A stretch of 62,088 nt of DNA, filler included, from Pirum gemmata (GCA_002812295.1; 13 parts of 13 records of this genome joined end to end with filler, not necessarily neighbours in it); one strand, 5' to 3'. Counted from the first letter of the whole stretch, positions 24,889-39,729 are shown. Notes: generated by a model from the letters alone, not told the origin. Numbers and translations: made by a program.

Positions 24889-25779
24889 GTACTTAACGCT
24901 AACCTATCACCCATCACCAATTACACCCTAACCTTAACCCTCACTCGCTAAAACCATATAATCCCTAAACCCTAAACCATAACCGCTAACCGGTAACCTC
25001 CAACCCCAGCCGCTAACCACTAACCACTAACCGCTAACCGCTAACCGNNNNNNNNNNNNNNNNNNNNNNNNNNNNNNNNNNNNNNNNNNNNTTAATTAAT
25101 TAANNNNNNNNNNNNNNNNNNNNNNNNNNNNNNNNNNNNNNNNNNNNAATTATTTTTAAAAGAAACGTCCATGGGCGCACTATTTTGGTGAAAAAAAAAG
25201 AAAGAAAGAAAGAAAAAAAAACCAAAAAAAAAAACCTAAAAAAACAAAACAAAAAACGAAAAATGGCAAGCTCATTCAGTACCCATAATAATTACTTTTC
25301 ATTTATTCTCTTATGTATTAAACTTTTACATGTTTTTCAATAGTTCTGTCAATTTCAAAAAATATAGTAAAACTATCAGACATATACATATATATTATGT
25401 TTTATATAATTTTTTATTTCATGTTGTACAGCTGCTGTACATTTATTATAATGAATAGAAAAATTAAATAAATATATTTTGAACTAAAAAAAATTATTTT
25501 TTTTTTCTTGAAAAAATAAAAATTAATGCAAATTTTACATTGTTATATTATAAATACGTTCAATAAAAATTAATTATATTATATTCTTAAGCAGTACTAG
25601 TCTCAATTAACTGTATCATCAAAGTAAATATCGAGGTAACACCTGTAATGTATTCAAAATAGATGATGATATAATATAATAACACTGTAAAGTGGCACAA
25701 TGTAGGTTCTACAATGACATAATAACAATAGATTTTAAAGTAATAGTAAAAAATATTATGCTAATATATATTAAATTAA

Positions 25780-28330
25780 AAATTAAAAAAACGCAAACGC
25801 GCTATTAAAAGCTTATATGTTATGCGCATGCCTATAAAAGTCTACAAACAAAAAATAATAAATGTCGCAAAAAAAAACAAAAAAACAAAAAAACAAAAAA
25901 CAAGAACAAACGGACAACAAACAAACCCCCGAACAAAAGCAGTGCAAACAAAACAAGGAAAAGAAAGTAGACAAATACAAAATTAAGCAAGTAATATAGA
26001 AAAACTAAAGAAAAGGAAAGAATTATTCACGTGCACTCCAAGCCCAAAATAAAGAATTCACAAATATTTTGTTTTGATATTTTTGTGGTCTTAAAAATTT
26101 TAATGAGTTGCATTACACTGTAATAATAAGCGAATTCAAAAAAGATTGCGTTGTTCTCTAGCTTTTTTTATTTTATTAAAATATTATAGATAATGATAAC
26201 AATAAAAATAATAACACAAAGATGAATACGCGCAAAGTTTGATATACTTTACAACCACAAGCACAAACATAAGCACAGACAAACAAAAACAAAAACAAAA
26301 ACAATAATAATAATAATAGTAATAAACAATATTATACAATGTCCTAATAGTTATTATTAAATATAATAATAATATTGTAATAAAGTTAATTTGAATTAAT
26401 AATAATAATAATATCAATAATAATATAATAATAATATATTAATAATATGGCAAAACAAGCTTATTATTCAAAACAATAATTATGCCTAGAAACATAAAAT
26501 CAGTAATTATCACAAAAAACAAAAAACAAAAAAACAAAATATATCAAAATAGAACAAAAACAAAGCAAAACAAGAGTACAAAACAAAACAAAACAAAAAA
26601 AAAAAAGAAAACAAATGCAAATTTAAACAAAACTTAATAATTATAATATAGAAAAACTATAGAAAAGGAACGCACTAGTAACTATAAGCCCATAATATGC
26701 AAAGAAAAGAATCCGCCGACTTTGTTTTGATATTAGTGGTTTTCGAAATGGTTTAATAATATTGCCTATGTATAATTTATATAATATAGGTTTAACATTA
26801 GAGTCCTTTAATTATCGAGGAAAGCTTAGTAGATAAACAAAGGATGTAGCTAGCTAGCAGATCCACAGGAGCTAAGAGAATGGGACAGTATTAATATGGG
26901 ACTCTACATAGCTCTACAGTTTTTTCTTTCTGCCTAACTAAAGAAAGAAAGAAATACGTTAGTGTCCTGTACGCTGTAGCAATGTAGGATTCTGGCCTAC
27001 TAGTTTAAATAGTAGAGGTTGGCAGGACTCGGTACTGTTTGGTAACTAGGTCTACTTGGTATGATTATACCTACAAACAAAAAAACTATATTACAGAAAA
27101 CAAAAAAAAAAACAACAAAAAAGCTAAAAAACGAAAAAACGGGAACATAAGCTGAACAAAAACAAAACAAAACAAGAGAACAAAACAAATATAGAAGATC
27201 AAAATAAAGCAAAGCAAACACATACAAAAGTAAACAAAAGTTATAGAAACAGTATACTATATAGAAAATAAAAATACTGTTCACTCGAGCTCCAAGCCCA
27301 AAATAAGCAAAGAAAAGAATCCATCGTTTTTTTTTTTAACAGCCAAGCCGGATAAAATTGTAATAATCATTTTTTTTTAGACATCTTTTCTAAAATTCTT
27401 TTTAATAATAAATAGCCAAATCAATTTTAAAACCTAGTCATTGGTTCATAATAGAGTTTTATTAGTTTCAAATAATTTCTTATAATTTGGTAGTACTTTT
27501 ATTAACATTGGATCATTTTGAGATTTCCGGCTTGGTAGTTTTTTTTTTTTAAAAAAAAAATCTTTTGATATTAGTGGTTTTCAAAAATTTATTGAGTTAC
27601 ATTACACTACACTAACATGCGATTTCAAAAAAGATTGCGTTATTCTCTAGCTTTTTTAATTTTATTAGAATTAATACATAATAAATAATAACAAAACAAA
27701 TATCAATACCACTAACATAAGCACAGATACAAAAACAAAAACAAAAACAAAATTGTAATAATAATAGTAATAAATAATATTATAAAATGTCCTAATAACT
27801 AGTACTCCTAATATATTATAGTTATTATTACACATAATAATAATATTGATGTACTAACGTTAACATTAACTAACAATAATAATTGCTATTATAATTATAA
27901 TATCCATGTATGGGAAAGCAAACTTATTATTGAAAACAATATAATTTAATTCCCATGGTATAATATGCCTACAAAAAAAAAAAAATCAATATTACAGAAA
28001 AGAAAACAAACGAAAAAAACAAACGAAAAAAACAAACGAGAAACAAAAAAGAAAATGACACAAACGCAGAACAAAAACAAAACAAAACAAGGGAAAAGAA
28101 AAGAATGCAAACAAATAAAAGATTATACAAAGAATATAGAAAATAGATAATAATATAGAAAAGGAAAGCACTGGTTACTCCAAGCCCAAAATATGCAAAG
28201 AAAAGAATCCACCGACTTTGTTTTGATATTAGTGGTTTTCAAATTTTATGATTTAAATTTTACTGTAATAATGACCGAATTCAAAAGAGATTGCGTTGTT
28301 CTCTATCTTTAAAAAAATTTAATATTCCAA
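25780..28330. repeat. Decayed tandem array, ~4 units of 600-900 bp
   Basis: Anchor CCAAGCCCAAAATA..AAAGAATCC at ~26036, 26685, 27290 and 28178. AAGATTGCGTTGTTCTCTA at ~26142, 27631 and 28288. Confidence 0.75.
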
Positions 28331-29901
28331 TTATTGCGATATTGGTGCAATGTCATTATACTAGCTATGAGCTCGAGATTACACGAAAAACAACGTTAGT
28401 TTTAATTTAACCATGCATACGTAAAGGTATTATTATAATTACATTTTAATTTAAAAATTACACTGATAATTGAAATAGGGTTAAAGTTACTGTTACAGAA
28501 CTGCAGAAACAGATAGGGTTGGTAGGGTTAGGGTTAGGGTTAATTCTATTATAATATATAATATTGAGAATATTATAATGTATAATGATATTTTCAATAG
28601 CTATAATAATTATATATATAATATAATCTTTACGCAAATATTATAAATAACTTAAACCTAAAACCCTACAATTAATTGGTCAATAATTATGTATTAGATA
28701 TTGTACATGATACTAATCATGATAGAACGATATAAGTTTTAATTAATAATAATAATATAATACAGTATTAAAATCTATCGTATAATAGAATAATCTGATC
28801 CAGACAACACTTTAATTTACTTTATATTATGTTATAAAGTTGGAATTTGGAATATTATATTATATTATATATTTGACCAGTAGTACTGAGACGACAAAAT
28901 TATTATTATCAGTTGACCACAATCTCAACTTCAAACCTAGTATCATAATATTTATTAATATCGGATAACATAATAATTATAATAACATTAAACTTTATTA
29001 AAAAATAACAAAACGCAAACAAAAAAGATCGCTTCAACCTTAATTGCTGAAGAGTGCTAAAAAGTTCCTAGTAAAAAGTTTAATTAACAGAATGCCAAAA
29101 AGCAGCAGATCCATCATCAGCATATACATATTTATGTTTTATACTTTTCATTTTATGGTGGTTGCTTTTGGCCAAGTCTCTGAGACTGGAACGGTTTGAA
29201 CCTCTCCTTCTTATCGGCCTGAAGGCAAATGACATTATGAATTATTTTCAAAAAAAATTTGTCTGGTTTCTCAGAGTTTTTCATGAAGTGACTTTAAATG
29301 TTTCACTGAAATTCAGTTTATTAGTACCTACACTTTAAAAAAACACTCTCTGCAGTTAAAAATTAATGTTCTAATGTATACGATAGCTAGCTATACGTAG
29401 TAGCTAGAAAACTGCTATATGTATCGTGATAAGTTATATGTAGTAGCTAGCTAGAAAACTTGAAATTTATGGTAGTAGTAGAAAATGGGGTGAAACTGTG
29501 AAAGTGAAAATGACTGTGATTTTTATTTTATTATTATTTTTGTGGTTTCGCTATTCAATTATTTCATTGGTTTCTAGCTTTTTTTTAAAAATTAATAATA
29601 GTTTTTATTGGGTTGATTGTTAGAATAATAAAAGCTACTTAATTTGGATTTTTTTTTTATCCTGATCCATTGATGTTTGATCATCTTTTCTAGCCTAGAA
29701 AATGGTAAAAAATANNNNNNNNNNNNNNNNNNNNNNNNNNNNNNNNNNNNNNNNNNNNTTAATTAATTAANNNNNNNNNNNNNNNNNNNNNNNNNNNNNN
29801 NNNNNNNNNNNNNNGGTTGGTGGTTGGTGGTTGGTGGTTGGTGGCTGGTGGTTGGTGGCTGGTGGTTGGTGGCTGGTGGCTGGTGGTTGGTGGTTGGTGG
29901 T

Positions 29902-29938
<37 letters not shown>

Positions 29939-30109
29939 TATTAGTGTATTAACAATTACCCATTTGTTCAAAATTATAACAGAGAAAATTCAGATTTTGT
30001 TTTAGACGACATCATTGTAGAAATTGTGGCTTTATATTTTGCTTTTTTTGTTGTAAGAGATTTACTAACATCAAAGCTCTTGGTTACCACTCCCCTGAAC
30101 GAGTCTGTA

Positions 30110-30831
30110 CAAGTTGTTTTCATGATATACAAAGTGATTATGGTTCTAACTAAATATATGCATAGTTGTATTGAAACAACAACAACAATAAGAACAACAA
30201 GAACAATAACAGCAATAACTAAAACAATAACAACAGTAATAACAACAATAACAACAATAACAACAACATCATTACCATCATTGTTATATCGATACAAAAG
30301 AGTGGTGTGACAAAAGTGAATCGCTTCAGCAATAGCAACTGTTGTAGATATTATTTTGTAAAGGTTTGATCCTGGATTATTTGTTTAAGCTGTTTCCATT
30401 GTATTCAAAGTGATTATAGTGCTAAAGGTATATAATTGAAAAATAACAACGACAACGACAGTAAAAACAACGGCAACAACATAATTGTCATAGAAAGAGT
30501 GGTGTTATAAAAGTAAATTGCTTCAGCAATAATTGTAAATGTTATTTGTTAATTTTTGATTAACTGTCAAATCTCATAGCTGTTTCCATTATATTGAAAG
30601 TGATTATCGTACTAAATAATCCAATTTATATAATTTTTTGAAATAACAAGAAAAACAACAACAGCAACAACAAGAGTAACAGTAACAGCATCATTGTCAA
30701 AGAAAGAGTGGTGTTATAAAAGTAAATTGCTTCAGCAATAATTGTAAATGTTATTTTGTTCAGTTTTGATCAAATGTCAAATCTCGTACCTGTTTCCATT
30801 ATATTCAAAGTGATTATGGTACTTACTAATC

Positions 30832-30862
<31 letters not shown>

Positions 30863-31420
30863 TTAATCATACCATAACCGTCGTTAATATATCTATATAA
30901 TTTTCTGAAACAACAACAACAACAATAACAATAATAACAACAACAACAACAACAACAGCAGCAGCAACAGCAACAGTAGCAACATCATTATCATAGAAAG
31001 AGTGATGTTATAAAAGTAAATTGCTTGGGCAGTTAATAATTGTAAATGTTATTTTGTAAAGGTTTGATTAAATATCAAATCTCCGGGGTTATTTGTTTAA
31101 GCTGGCTGTTTCCATTACATTCGAAGTGATTATATATATCACATATATATATATTGTTCTGAAACAACAACAACAACAGCAACAACAACAACAACAACAG
31201 CATCATCATTGTCATCAAATAGTAGTTTATAAAGGTGAATTTAGCAATAATTGTTAATGTTTTATTTTGTAAAGATTTAACTTAATAAATATCAAATTAC
31301 AACAACGTTAACAACAACAGCAAACAACAAACAATAAATAATAAACAACATCAAATATTGGTGTTCCAAAGGTCAATTTCTATTTGAAAGCTTGTTTTTC
31401 CATTGTATTCAAACTGATTT
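30110..31420. repeat. Decayed tandem array of 190-320 bp units with (CAA)n inserts
   Basis: Anchor TTTCCATT.TATTCAAAGTGATTAT at ~30131, 30407, 30597, 30807, 31123 and 31411. Confidence 0.8.
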
Positions 31421-31550
31421 TTAATATGGTGTTAACTGTATATCTATGTAGCGTAATTGAACTTATTATTTGTAATGGTTTCTTTGTGGGTGTCCCAGTT
31501 TGCTGTTTGAAAATAATCCCGGCAGCGAAAGCGCAGGAAGAGACTCTGAG

Positions 31551-31948
31551 ATCCGGGCTCAACCCCGGATTCAATCCCAGGCTTAACTCCAGGCCTAACT
31601 CTGGGCTTAACCCCGGGCTTAACTCTGGGCTTAACTCTGGGCTTAATTCTGGCTTTAAGTCCTGGATTAACTCCGGGTTTAACTCCGGGTTTAACTCCAG
31701 GCTTAACTCCGGTTTTAACTCCGGGCTTAACTCCGGGATTACTTTGGGCTTAACTCTGGGCTTAACTTTGGGCTTAACTCTGGGCTTAACTTTGGGCTTA
31801 ACTCTGGGCTAAACTCTGGGCTAAACTCTGGGCTTAACTCTGGGCTTAACTCTGGGCTTAACTCTGGGCTTAACTCTGGGCTTAACTCTGGAGCTCCGAT
31901 ATTAACTCCGGGCTCAATTCCGGTATTAACTCTGGGATCAATTCTGGG
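31551..31948. repeat. 12-bp minisatellite (TTAACTCTGGGC)n
   Basis: About 33 units with variants. The minus strand reads CCA GAG TTA AGC (PELS). Confidence 0.9.
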
Positions 31949-33519
31949 TTTTTAGTATAAGAAAACCCACTTAGTTTGGCCTTCTACATTTCCTTACCTT
32001 CATTGTTGATGTACTAATAATAAAAATTGTTGCTCGTACTTTTTTTTTTTTTGTTGTTGTTATCGTACCTAACCCTAACCCTAACTGCTAACCCTAATCT
32101 TAACTGCTAACGCTAGCCCTAGCCCCCAACCCCTAACCTCTAATCCTAACCTCTAACGCTAATGCTGACGCTAACCCAACCCAACGCTAACGCGGTGTTT
32201 TCAATGAAATTGCACGTAAATGTAAATCAAACTTGCCAGGTAATTATATAATCTATTAGTTATGGATACGGCTTGAGAACATTGATATTCTTATTAAAAA
32301 ACACCCAACTTTAAAATTCAAATTACCAAATAAAAATCGAAGTGACACAAATTGAGACTTATCACGTTTTTTTATTGGTTTTACCGTTTTTGCCGTTTTT
32401 CATTGGTTATAAATATCCCTGTGAACCCTAACCCTAACCCTATAACCCTAACCCTATAACCCTAGCCCTATAACCCTAACCCTAATCATTTTACAATTAT
32501 TTGGTTTTATCAACTGCGTCAAATTGAATAATACAATTATCATTGCAAAGGAGTTGAAAGCGGATGACGTCATAATAATAATAATAATAAAAATAATGAT
32601 ATTTAGGGATGTGTGGCAGTTCAACTTTCTTCATACTCTCACACATCGCTCGTAAAAACAAAAATATTATGACGTCATCCGCGTTTCCCTCATACTTAGA
32701 CCTCATGATTTTAGTCGTCCTTTGTAGGGTTAGGGTTAAGAATTAGGGTTAGGGTTAGGGTTAGGGTTAGGGTTAGGGTTAGGGTTAGGGTTAGGGTTAG
32801 GGTTAGGGTTAGGGTTAGGGTTAGGGTTAGGGTTAGGGTTAGGGTTAGNNNNNNNNNNNNNNNNNNNGTTAGGGTTAGGGTTAGGGTTAGGGTTAGGGTT
32901 AGGGTTAGGGTTAGGGTTAGGGTTAGGGTTAGGGTTAGGGTTAGGGTTAGGGTTAGGGTTAGGGTTAGGGTTAGGGTTGCTTGGGTAATTACCACTTCGA
33001 TACTATCAATAGTACTATTAATACTATAACAATAAAACATGCGAACGAAAAACACATTTTCTGGGATTTTGTCATTGCAGTTTGTTTATTTGGTAATTAC
33101 AAATTTAATAATCAGAGTTCTTTAAATCAATAAGTAAAAAGCTAAAAAATGACAATGAAATAAATTGTATCAAATAAATAAATAACATAATATAATTAGG
33201 CAGTTTTAGTTTCTATTTTCACAAAGACAAAATCAGATTCTTACCCAAAACAGAATACCAAAAATATAATGATAAATTAAAATTTATACATTTTAAAAAT
33301 CAAATGAATAATGATATTATTTACTAACTATATGATATATAAGGTTCTCAGCCTCCTCTCGCGGTTTGGACCACCAAGCGAGGCCTACTAGGGACCCACA
33401 AGCTCTCGGAGTTTATCCTATTAGACTTCGATCTAATTTCGAGTTCGGGTCCGAGTTTGTTCTGAGGCCCGAATTAGTTCGGCATAGAGACCGAGTATGG
33501 ATCCGATTCAGTTTCAATG

Positions 33520-34216
33520 TTGATTTCGATTTTAAGTTCGATTTCAAGTTCGATTCGATTTTTTAAGCTTAATTTAAATTTCGAGTTTATATTTCAATTT
33601 CGAGTCCAAGTTTGAGCGAAATACATTTAGAGTTCGATTTCGAGTCCAATTTTGAGCGAATATATCGAGTTCAATTTCGAGTCCCAAGATTGAGCTGGCC
33701 AATCTATTATTGTTTAGTATACGTCTTATTTTCTCCATTAACAAGTGCCAACACGAATTAAAAAAAAGTTTGGGTTCGATTTTGATTTTGTTTTTGATTT
33801 TGATTTTTCAAGCATTTTTTAAATTTCGAGTTTGTTTTCTATTTTTATATCGAATCCAGGTTTGAGCTGACATATCTATTGTTTACTAAACATCTTACTT
33901 GTCTCTATTATCATGTGCATACCAACTCGAATAAAAAAAGTTTGGGTTCGATTTTGATTTTGATTTTGATTTTCATTTTTCAAGCTTGATTTAAATTTCG
34001 AGTTTGTCTTCCAATTCTATATCGAGTTCAAGTTTGAGCTGGCTAATCTATTATTGTTTACTATACATCTTCCTTGTGTTCAATATCAAGTATAATAATA
34101 ATAATAATAAAAAGGTTGGGTTCGATTTTCATTTCAATTTTGATTTTGATTTTTCAAGCTAGATTTAAATTTCGAGTTTGTTTTCTATTTCTATATCAAG
34201 TCCAAGTTTGAGCTGG
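33520..34216. repeat. Tandem array of ~170-bp units (~4 copies)
   Basis: Recurring TTTAAATTTCGAGTTT, CAAGTTTGAGCTG and AAAAAGTTTGGGTTCGATTTT. Confidence 0.8.
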
Positions 34217-34667
34217 GAGATAAAGGAAATCAAATCAAACAGCTCGATCCTAATTATTAAATTATGACAATTTTGAAATGCTATTCTTTTTTTTTCGAGC
34301 TTCAAGTTTTTTCTATGGAAATTTCTAAGAACTTTTAAGAATTTCTTGATGAAATCAAAAGTGAGTCAATACTTAAAATTAGATCGAAAAATTTCGAAAA
34401 TTTCGAACTAGTTTTGATTCGATAGTTTTCCCCNNNNNNNNNNNNNNNNNNNNNNNNNNNNNNNNNNNNNNNNNNNNTTAATTAATTAANNNNNNNNNNN
34501 NNNNNNNNNNNNNNNNNNNNNNNNNNNNNNNNNGTTAGGGTTAGGGTTAGGGTTAGGGTTAGGGTTAGGGTTGGGGTTGGGGTTAGTTAGAGTTAGGGTT
34601 AGGGATAAGATGCCAATATCGATTACAATTAATTAATGGGTTTGAAACAGTGACATAATATTATTAA

Positions 34668-34796
34668 GGGAACATTCAGCAATGACGTCACTTTTTGAAA
34701 TACCCGTTTTCTAGATTTCCATTTTTTAATGGCTTAGATTGCAATATAAAAGCAGCTTATCATATAATTTCCGGGTTAGGACACATGAATGTTCCC
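34668..34796. mobile_element. Tourist-like MITE, 129 bp
   Basis: 11-bp TIR GGGAACATTCA; TAA TSD at 34665-34667 and 34797-34799. Confidence 0.75.
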
Positions 34797-37700
34797 TAAT
34801 AAATTATTATTAAAAACTGAATCAAATTGATGTATTGTATTGATTATGTTACTAATAACAGTCTAATAACGTTAAAACTAAGGTAACATAATGTGTTATA
34901 GCCACTATAAGCTGAATAAATTTTTTAATTTTAATTAATAAGTAAAAAAAAAGTGTAAATAATGACTTTTTTTTCTTCACATCATTATTTCACATGATTT
35001 TTTTCTTCACATCATTATTGCACATGATTTTTTTCTTCACATGAAAATAATAAAAAAATAGGTCTAATAATAGGTCTAATCTATATCAGTTCACCTCCTT
35101 GTCCAAAACACTTTTGGTCGTAATTTTAAAGTTCATTTTAATAATTATTTACTGCCTAAAACACAGTTTAATTAAGTCACAATTTCGAGCAATGACCTCT
35201 ATCAAAGAATAAGTGACTTCCTTTATGAACGTTCCCCTACTACTAGTAGCTACTAGGGAGACTATATATAAAATATCATGATAGTCACCACTAGCTAGCT
35301 CTAGAGCTAGCTAGCTAGACCTATGTAGTCTAATAATTATTCATATAGACTAATATGATATTTAAAATATAATTTAAAATTCTACTCCCAGTCCCAATTC
35401 TGATTCCTAATTTTGTTAAAAAAATCGAGTTTTCGAGCTTTATTTATAAACCCGAAAAAATGGAAAAAATAATTTTCGAACAGGGTAATTTCGGCTTTTT
35501 TTTTTTTTTTGATATGATAGCAGAAATGCGAGTTTTCGGGCTCGAGCAGAAATTGCAGCTGAATAGGGAGAGGCTTACGTGATGATGCATAATTGACCAA
35601 TGATGTTTATGGATGTATGATGTATGATATTCAAATAATACGCCACGTCAAGGGGTGGGTAGGTAGGTGGTATTTGACCGGAAATTAACGTCGAGGGGTA
35701 GGTAGTTAGTGATACTATTTGAAGCTGTATTTGACTGGAAATTGGCGTTACGTAATTTTGTGCTATCAATACGAACGAGTCTTTTTATACGACTAGCTAC
35801 TAGCTAGCTAGAGATCAATACTAGCTAGCTAGGCTACTAGCTACTAGTAGCTTTGTGACTATTTTGTGCAACGTTCGCTTTTCTTATTGTATGGTGCAGC
35901 ACGCCTAACATTTACCAACTTTTGAAAAGTGGCCAAATTTTTTCTGACAGCTCGAAAATTTCAAACACATTAAATTTATATATTCGAAATAGAATATTAT
36001 TATTACTATATCCAAAAAGTTGGGGTTTCTTAGACACAATGCACCATATCATATTATTTTTAATTAAAAAAAATATCCAGGCAGGGAGTATTAAAAATTA
36101 CCCAGGCAGGGGCCGCAGGGAGTATTAAAAATTACCAGGGAGTATTATTAGTCTAAAGTGCTTTTCAGTTGTTTTGTCATCATAAGTAAGATATACAATA
36201 AATAGTACCAAATAAATAAAATATAAATCCATTTGATATATTTTGGTATATTTTATTATCTATGTATTGATTTAAAAACGTCAATTTAAAGATTATAGCC
36301 CTCCAAATAAATATTTAGGGTGACAAAAGCACGATAAAAATTACAAAATTTAAAGGGGGGGTAGGCTGTGTAGCCAGCTGTGTGTAGCTATGATACTATC
36401 GATACTACTAGCTACTAGCTAGTAGCTATCATACTTAAAATAAGTATGATAATCATATCTGATAGCTAGCTGCATATATAACCATATTGATATATACCGA
36501 AGTCCTTGTTATATCATACGAATATCACTAGAATATAAATTATATAATCACTGCCACTTCACTCACTACCTGTATTCTGAACTATTCTGAAGATTCTGAA
36601 TCACTATTTTTTTAAAAAAAAACTATATTATTAAAAAAATCGTAAACAATTTTGGTTTATAATAAATAGTAGCTAAATTTAGTATATGTAAAATGATTTT
36701 CCAATGTACATTGTACACTGGAAAAGCTATTGGAAACTATTGGAAAGGTGATTAGCCAACCATTTTTTTGCACCATTTTCCTAGCTAGAGTAGCTAGCTA
36801 GCTAGCTATCGATAGCTAGCTGCTAGCTAGGAGGTAGCTACTACTAGCGACTCTACCAATAGCTAGCTAGTAGCTATCGATACCTAGCTAGCTAGCTAGT
36901 AGCTTAGGCTAGCTACCTAGGGCTAGCTAGTCTACGATACAGTCGATGGTTTACAGAGCCTTCAGAGTCTGGACTATCGTTATAATATTATCATATCTAT
37001 TATTGATACTGTGCTTTTCATTTATTTTAGTCACTCCGAATATTTATTTAGTTGTTTATAATACTTAAATTGATACTTTTAATTAAATAAATAAATATAT
37101 AATAAAATATACCAAATGAAATGGATTTATACTACTTATTTTATTTTTTATGACGATAAAATAACTGAAAACCACGATAGTCTAACTTATACCAAAGTAT
37201 CAGATAGACTAGTCTATGAAGCAATATTATTTTAAAAAATCAACAAAATTTTTAATTACAACTATAATTATCGTGGTTTTCATTTATTTTGTCACTCTGA
37301 ATTTTTATTTGTAGGGTTACATCTATAATATTTAAATAGACATTTTTGAATAAATAAATAAATAATAAAAGACACCACATTAAATTAAATGATTCATATT
37401 GTATTAATTTGGTACTATTTATTGTATATTTTATGATGACAAAATAACTGAAAAGAAGCACTAAAGAAACCATAGGAAACCATATTATACAATATAATGA
37501 TAACTGTATCATAAGTTTGTAGTGATTGTAGTAACCTAGCTACTTACTGCTCCTCCTTTTTATAATAAGGACCTTTTAGACCTATTTAAAATTCTCCTTG
37601 TAGACTAGACTATGCATGATAGAGAGAAAAAAAAAAGTAGTAGGTCTAGTCTATATTATTAATATATTGATATTATCAATTTATCATAGACTAGTCACTA

Positions 37701-39574
37701 GTCCCTTTCAAAAATTTTCGTCAGTTCAGTAACTTTGAATAATTGTTATCATACTATATAAGTAGGGTCTATCAATAAGGGTGAGATATCTACTAGAACT
37801 TTTTTCGAACAGATGCTTATCGAGCCAACCTTAGTTCCATGTTCCTTACTAATAATAGACAGTTAAATAGCTTAAAATAGTAAATCTAATTATAGTAGAT
37901 ACCAATTAAAGTAACAATGTTAACATTAATAGTAATGAAAACCATAAAATCGGAAAAGTTCCAGCAGCTGTTCGGTAATAATAAAGTGACGTCATCTCAC
38001 CCCTCGTGTTTTTCAATAGTATTGTCCAGTTCAAAAACTGAAATAAACGTACCAAATTATTATTATGGTTAAACTATCAGACATGTTTTAATTAAGTATT
38101 TTATACTTAATGTTGTATTTTATGAAACAAGTTCAATTATACACTTAAACAGTACTGTAATGAAATAGACGAATAAGTAGCTCTAAAGTTTATTAATAAT
38201 AAGTGAGTAGCTATTTTGCTCACAACAACAACAACAACAAAAAAGAACAATCAGAACAATACAATTGCTAATCATAAACTATAATATTATGGTATTACTA
38301 CGAAAAGTACAACAAGTTAAACCTGAACGACAATCACATTATTAACTTATACCAAAGAATTATAAATGAAACAAATCAGCAAATTACAATTTTAGTTAAC
38401 CATAATATTATAACCTAAAGCATTTGGGAGGTAAATTGGGACTTCTTCTATGATTATATTATGATACTGGTAGTAGACCCTACTCCGATCAGGTACTCCG
38501 GTAGTAGACTACAGATATCATATACACTTATTATTATTGTGCTTTTCATTTATTTTGTCACTCTGAATATTTATTTGGTTGTTTATGATATTTAAATTGA
38601 TACTTTTAAATAAGTAAATATATAATAAAATATTACAAATTAAATGAAATGGATTTATATTGCATTTTAAAAAATTTGGTATTATTTTTTGCTTATTTTT
38701 TGTATAGTCTAATTTTTTTTATAATGACAAAAGAACTGAAAAGCACGATATATAACTGATATATAGAGTATTATAGAGATAATATAGTCTATAGATAGAC
38801 CAACTCATAGCTAGCTTGGCACTGGTTAGATCGCAAATGTTTGGGCATTTTTTTCCATATAAAGAAAGAAAATAGTTAAATTTAGTATAGCTTTACTATA
38901 GCTTTAAACCAACTAAAACTCTCCATCTTTTATTATTATTATTCTATTTTTTAGCAGTTTTTTAGCTAGGTTTACTACTCTTCTATTATTCGACAATAAA
39001 TAATAATAGACTAATCTAATTTTTTTTTTTTTTTTTTTTTGTTTNNNNNNNNNNNNNNNNNNNNNNNNNNNNNNNNNNNNNNNNNNNNTTAATTAATTAA
39101 NNNNNNNNNNNNNNNNNNNNNNNNNNNNNNNNNNNNNNNNNNNNGTTATTGTTATTGTTATTGTTATTGTTATTTTTATTGTTATTGTTGTTATTGTTAT
39201 TGTTATTGTTATTGTTATTGTTATTGTTAATATTGTTATTGTTACTGATATTGTTATTGTTATTGTTATTGTTATTGTTATTGTTATTATTGTTCTTGTT
39301 ATTTGTTATTGTTATTGTTATTACTATTGTTATTGTTATTGTTATTGTTATTGTTATTGTTATTGTTATTGTTATTGTTATTGTTTTTGTTATTCTTGTG
39401 ATTGCAATTGGTTTTGTGATTATTCTTGCAATTGCTCTAGAAATTGTTCTTGTCATAATTACTCCTGCAAGTAATTGATGATGTTGTTGCAAAAGTACCT
39501 CCGATACATAGCTGATTCTATGGACAATAGTATTTGATAAACTCTCCTAGCTAGCTAGAGGCCTAAAACGTGTG

Positions 39575-39729
39575 CTGCACTTGGATTAAAACTTGCATTT
39601 CCTATCAAAACTTGTTTTTTCAACAACATCCATCATTTAAAATTAAGAAATTTTTTTACAACTTTTTGCAACAGAAGGACGTACATCGTCACAACTGCTG
39701 GCCCAAAGTGGCAAACTCAAGCCACCCGA
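39575..39729 (-). ncRNA. Candidate Fanzor omega-RNA scaffold / element right end
   Basis: Directly after the stop codon: hairpin GGGTGGC/GCCACTT (39727-39706), nested stems CAGCAG/CTGTTG and GACG/CGTC (39700-39669), CAAGTTTT repeats (39614-39607, 39595-39588), ending GTGCAG at 39575. Function is inferred. Confidence 0.5.

Larger units (their letters stand above)
5858..38003. mobile_element. MITE family E (TIR GGGGTGAGAT)
   Basis: Copies at 5858-6032, 23029-23191 (TA on both flanks) and 37778-38003 (reverse). Shared core TTATTATTACCGAACAGCTGCCGGAACT. Confidence 0.8.

Noticed and set aside
29160..29230. tRNA/SINE (minus-strand GGTTCAAACC B-box-like)
   Set aside because: No cloverleaf or A-box could be built.
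32725..32978. True chromosome end
   Set aside because: Unique sequence continues on both sides within the contig.
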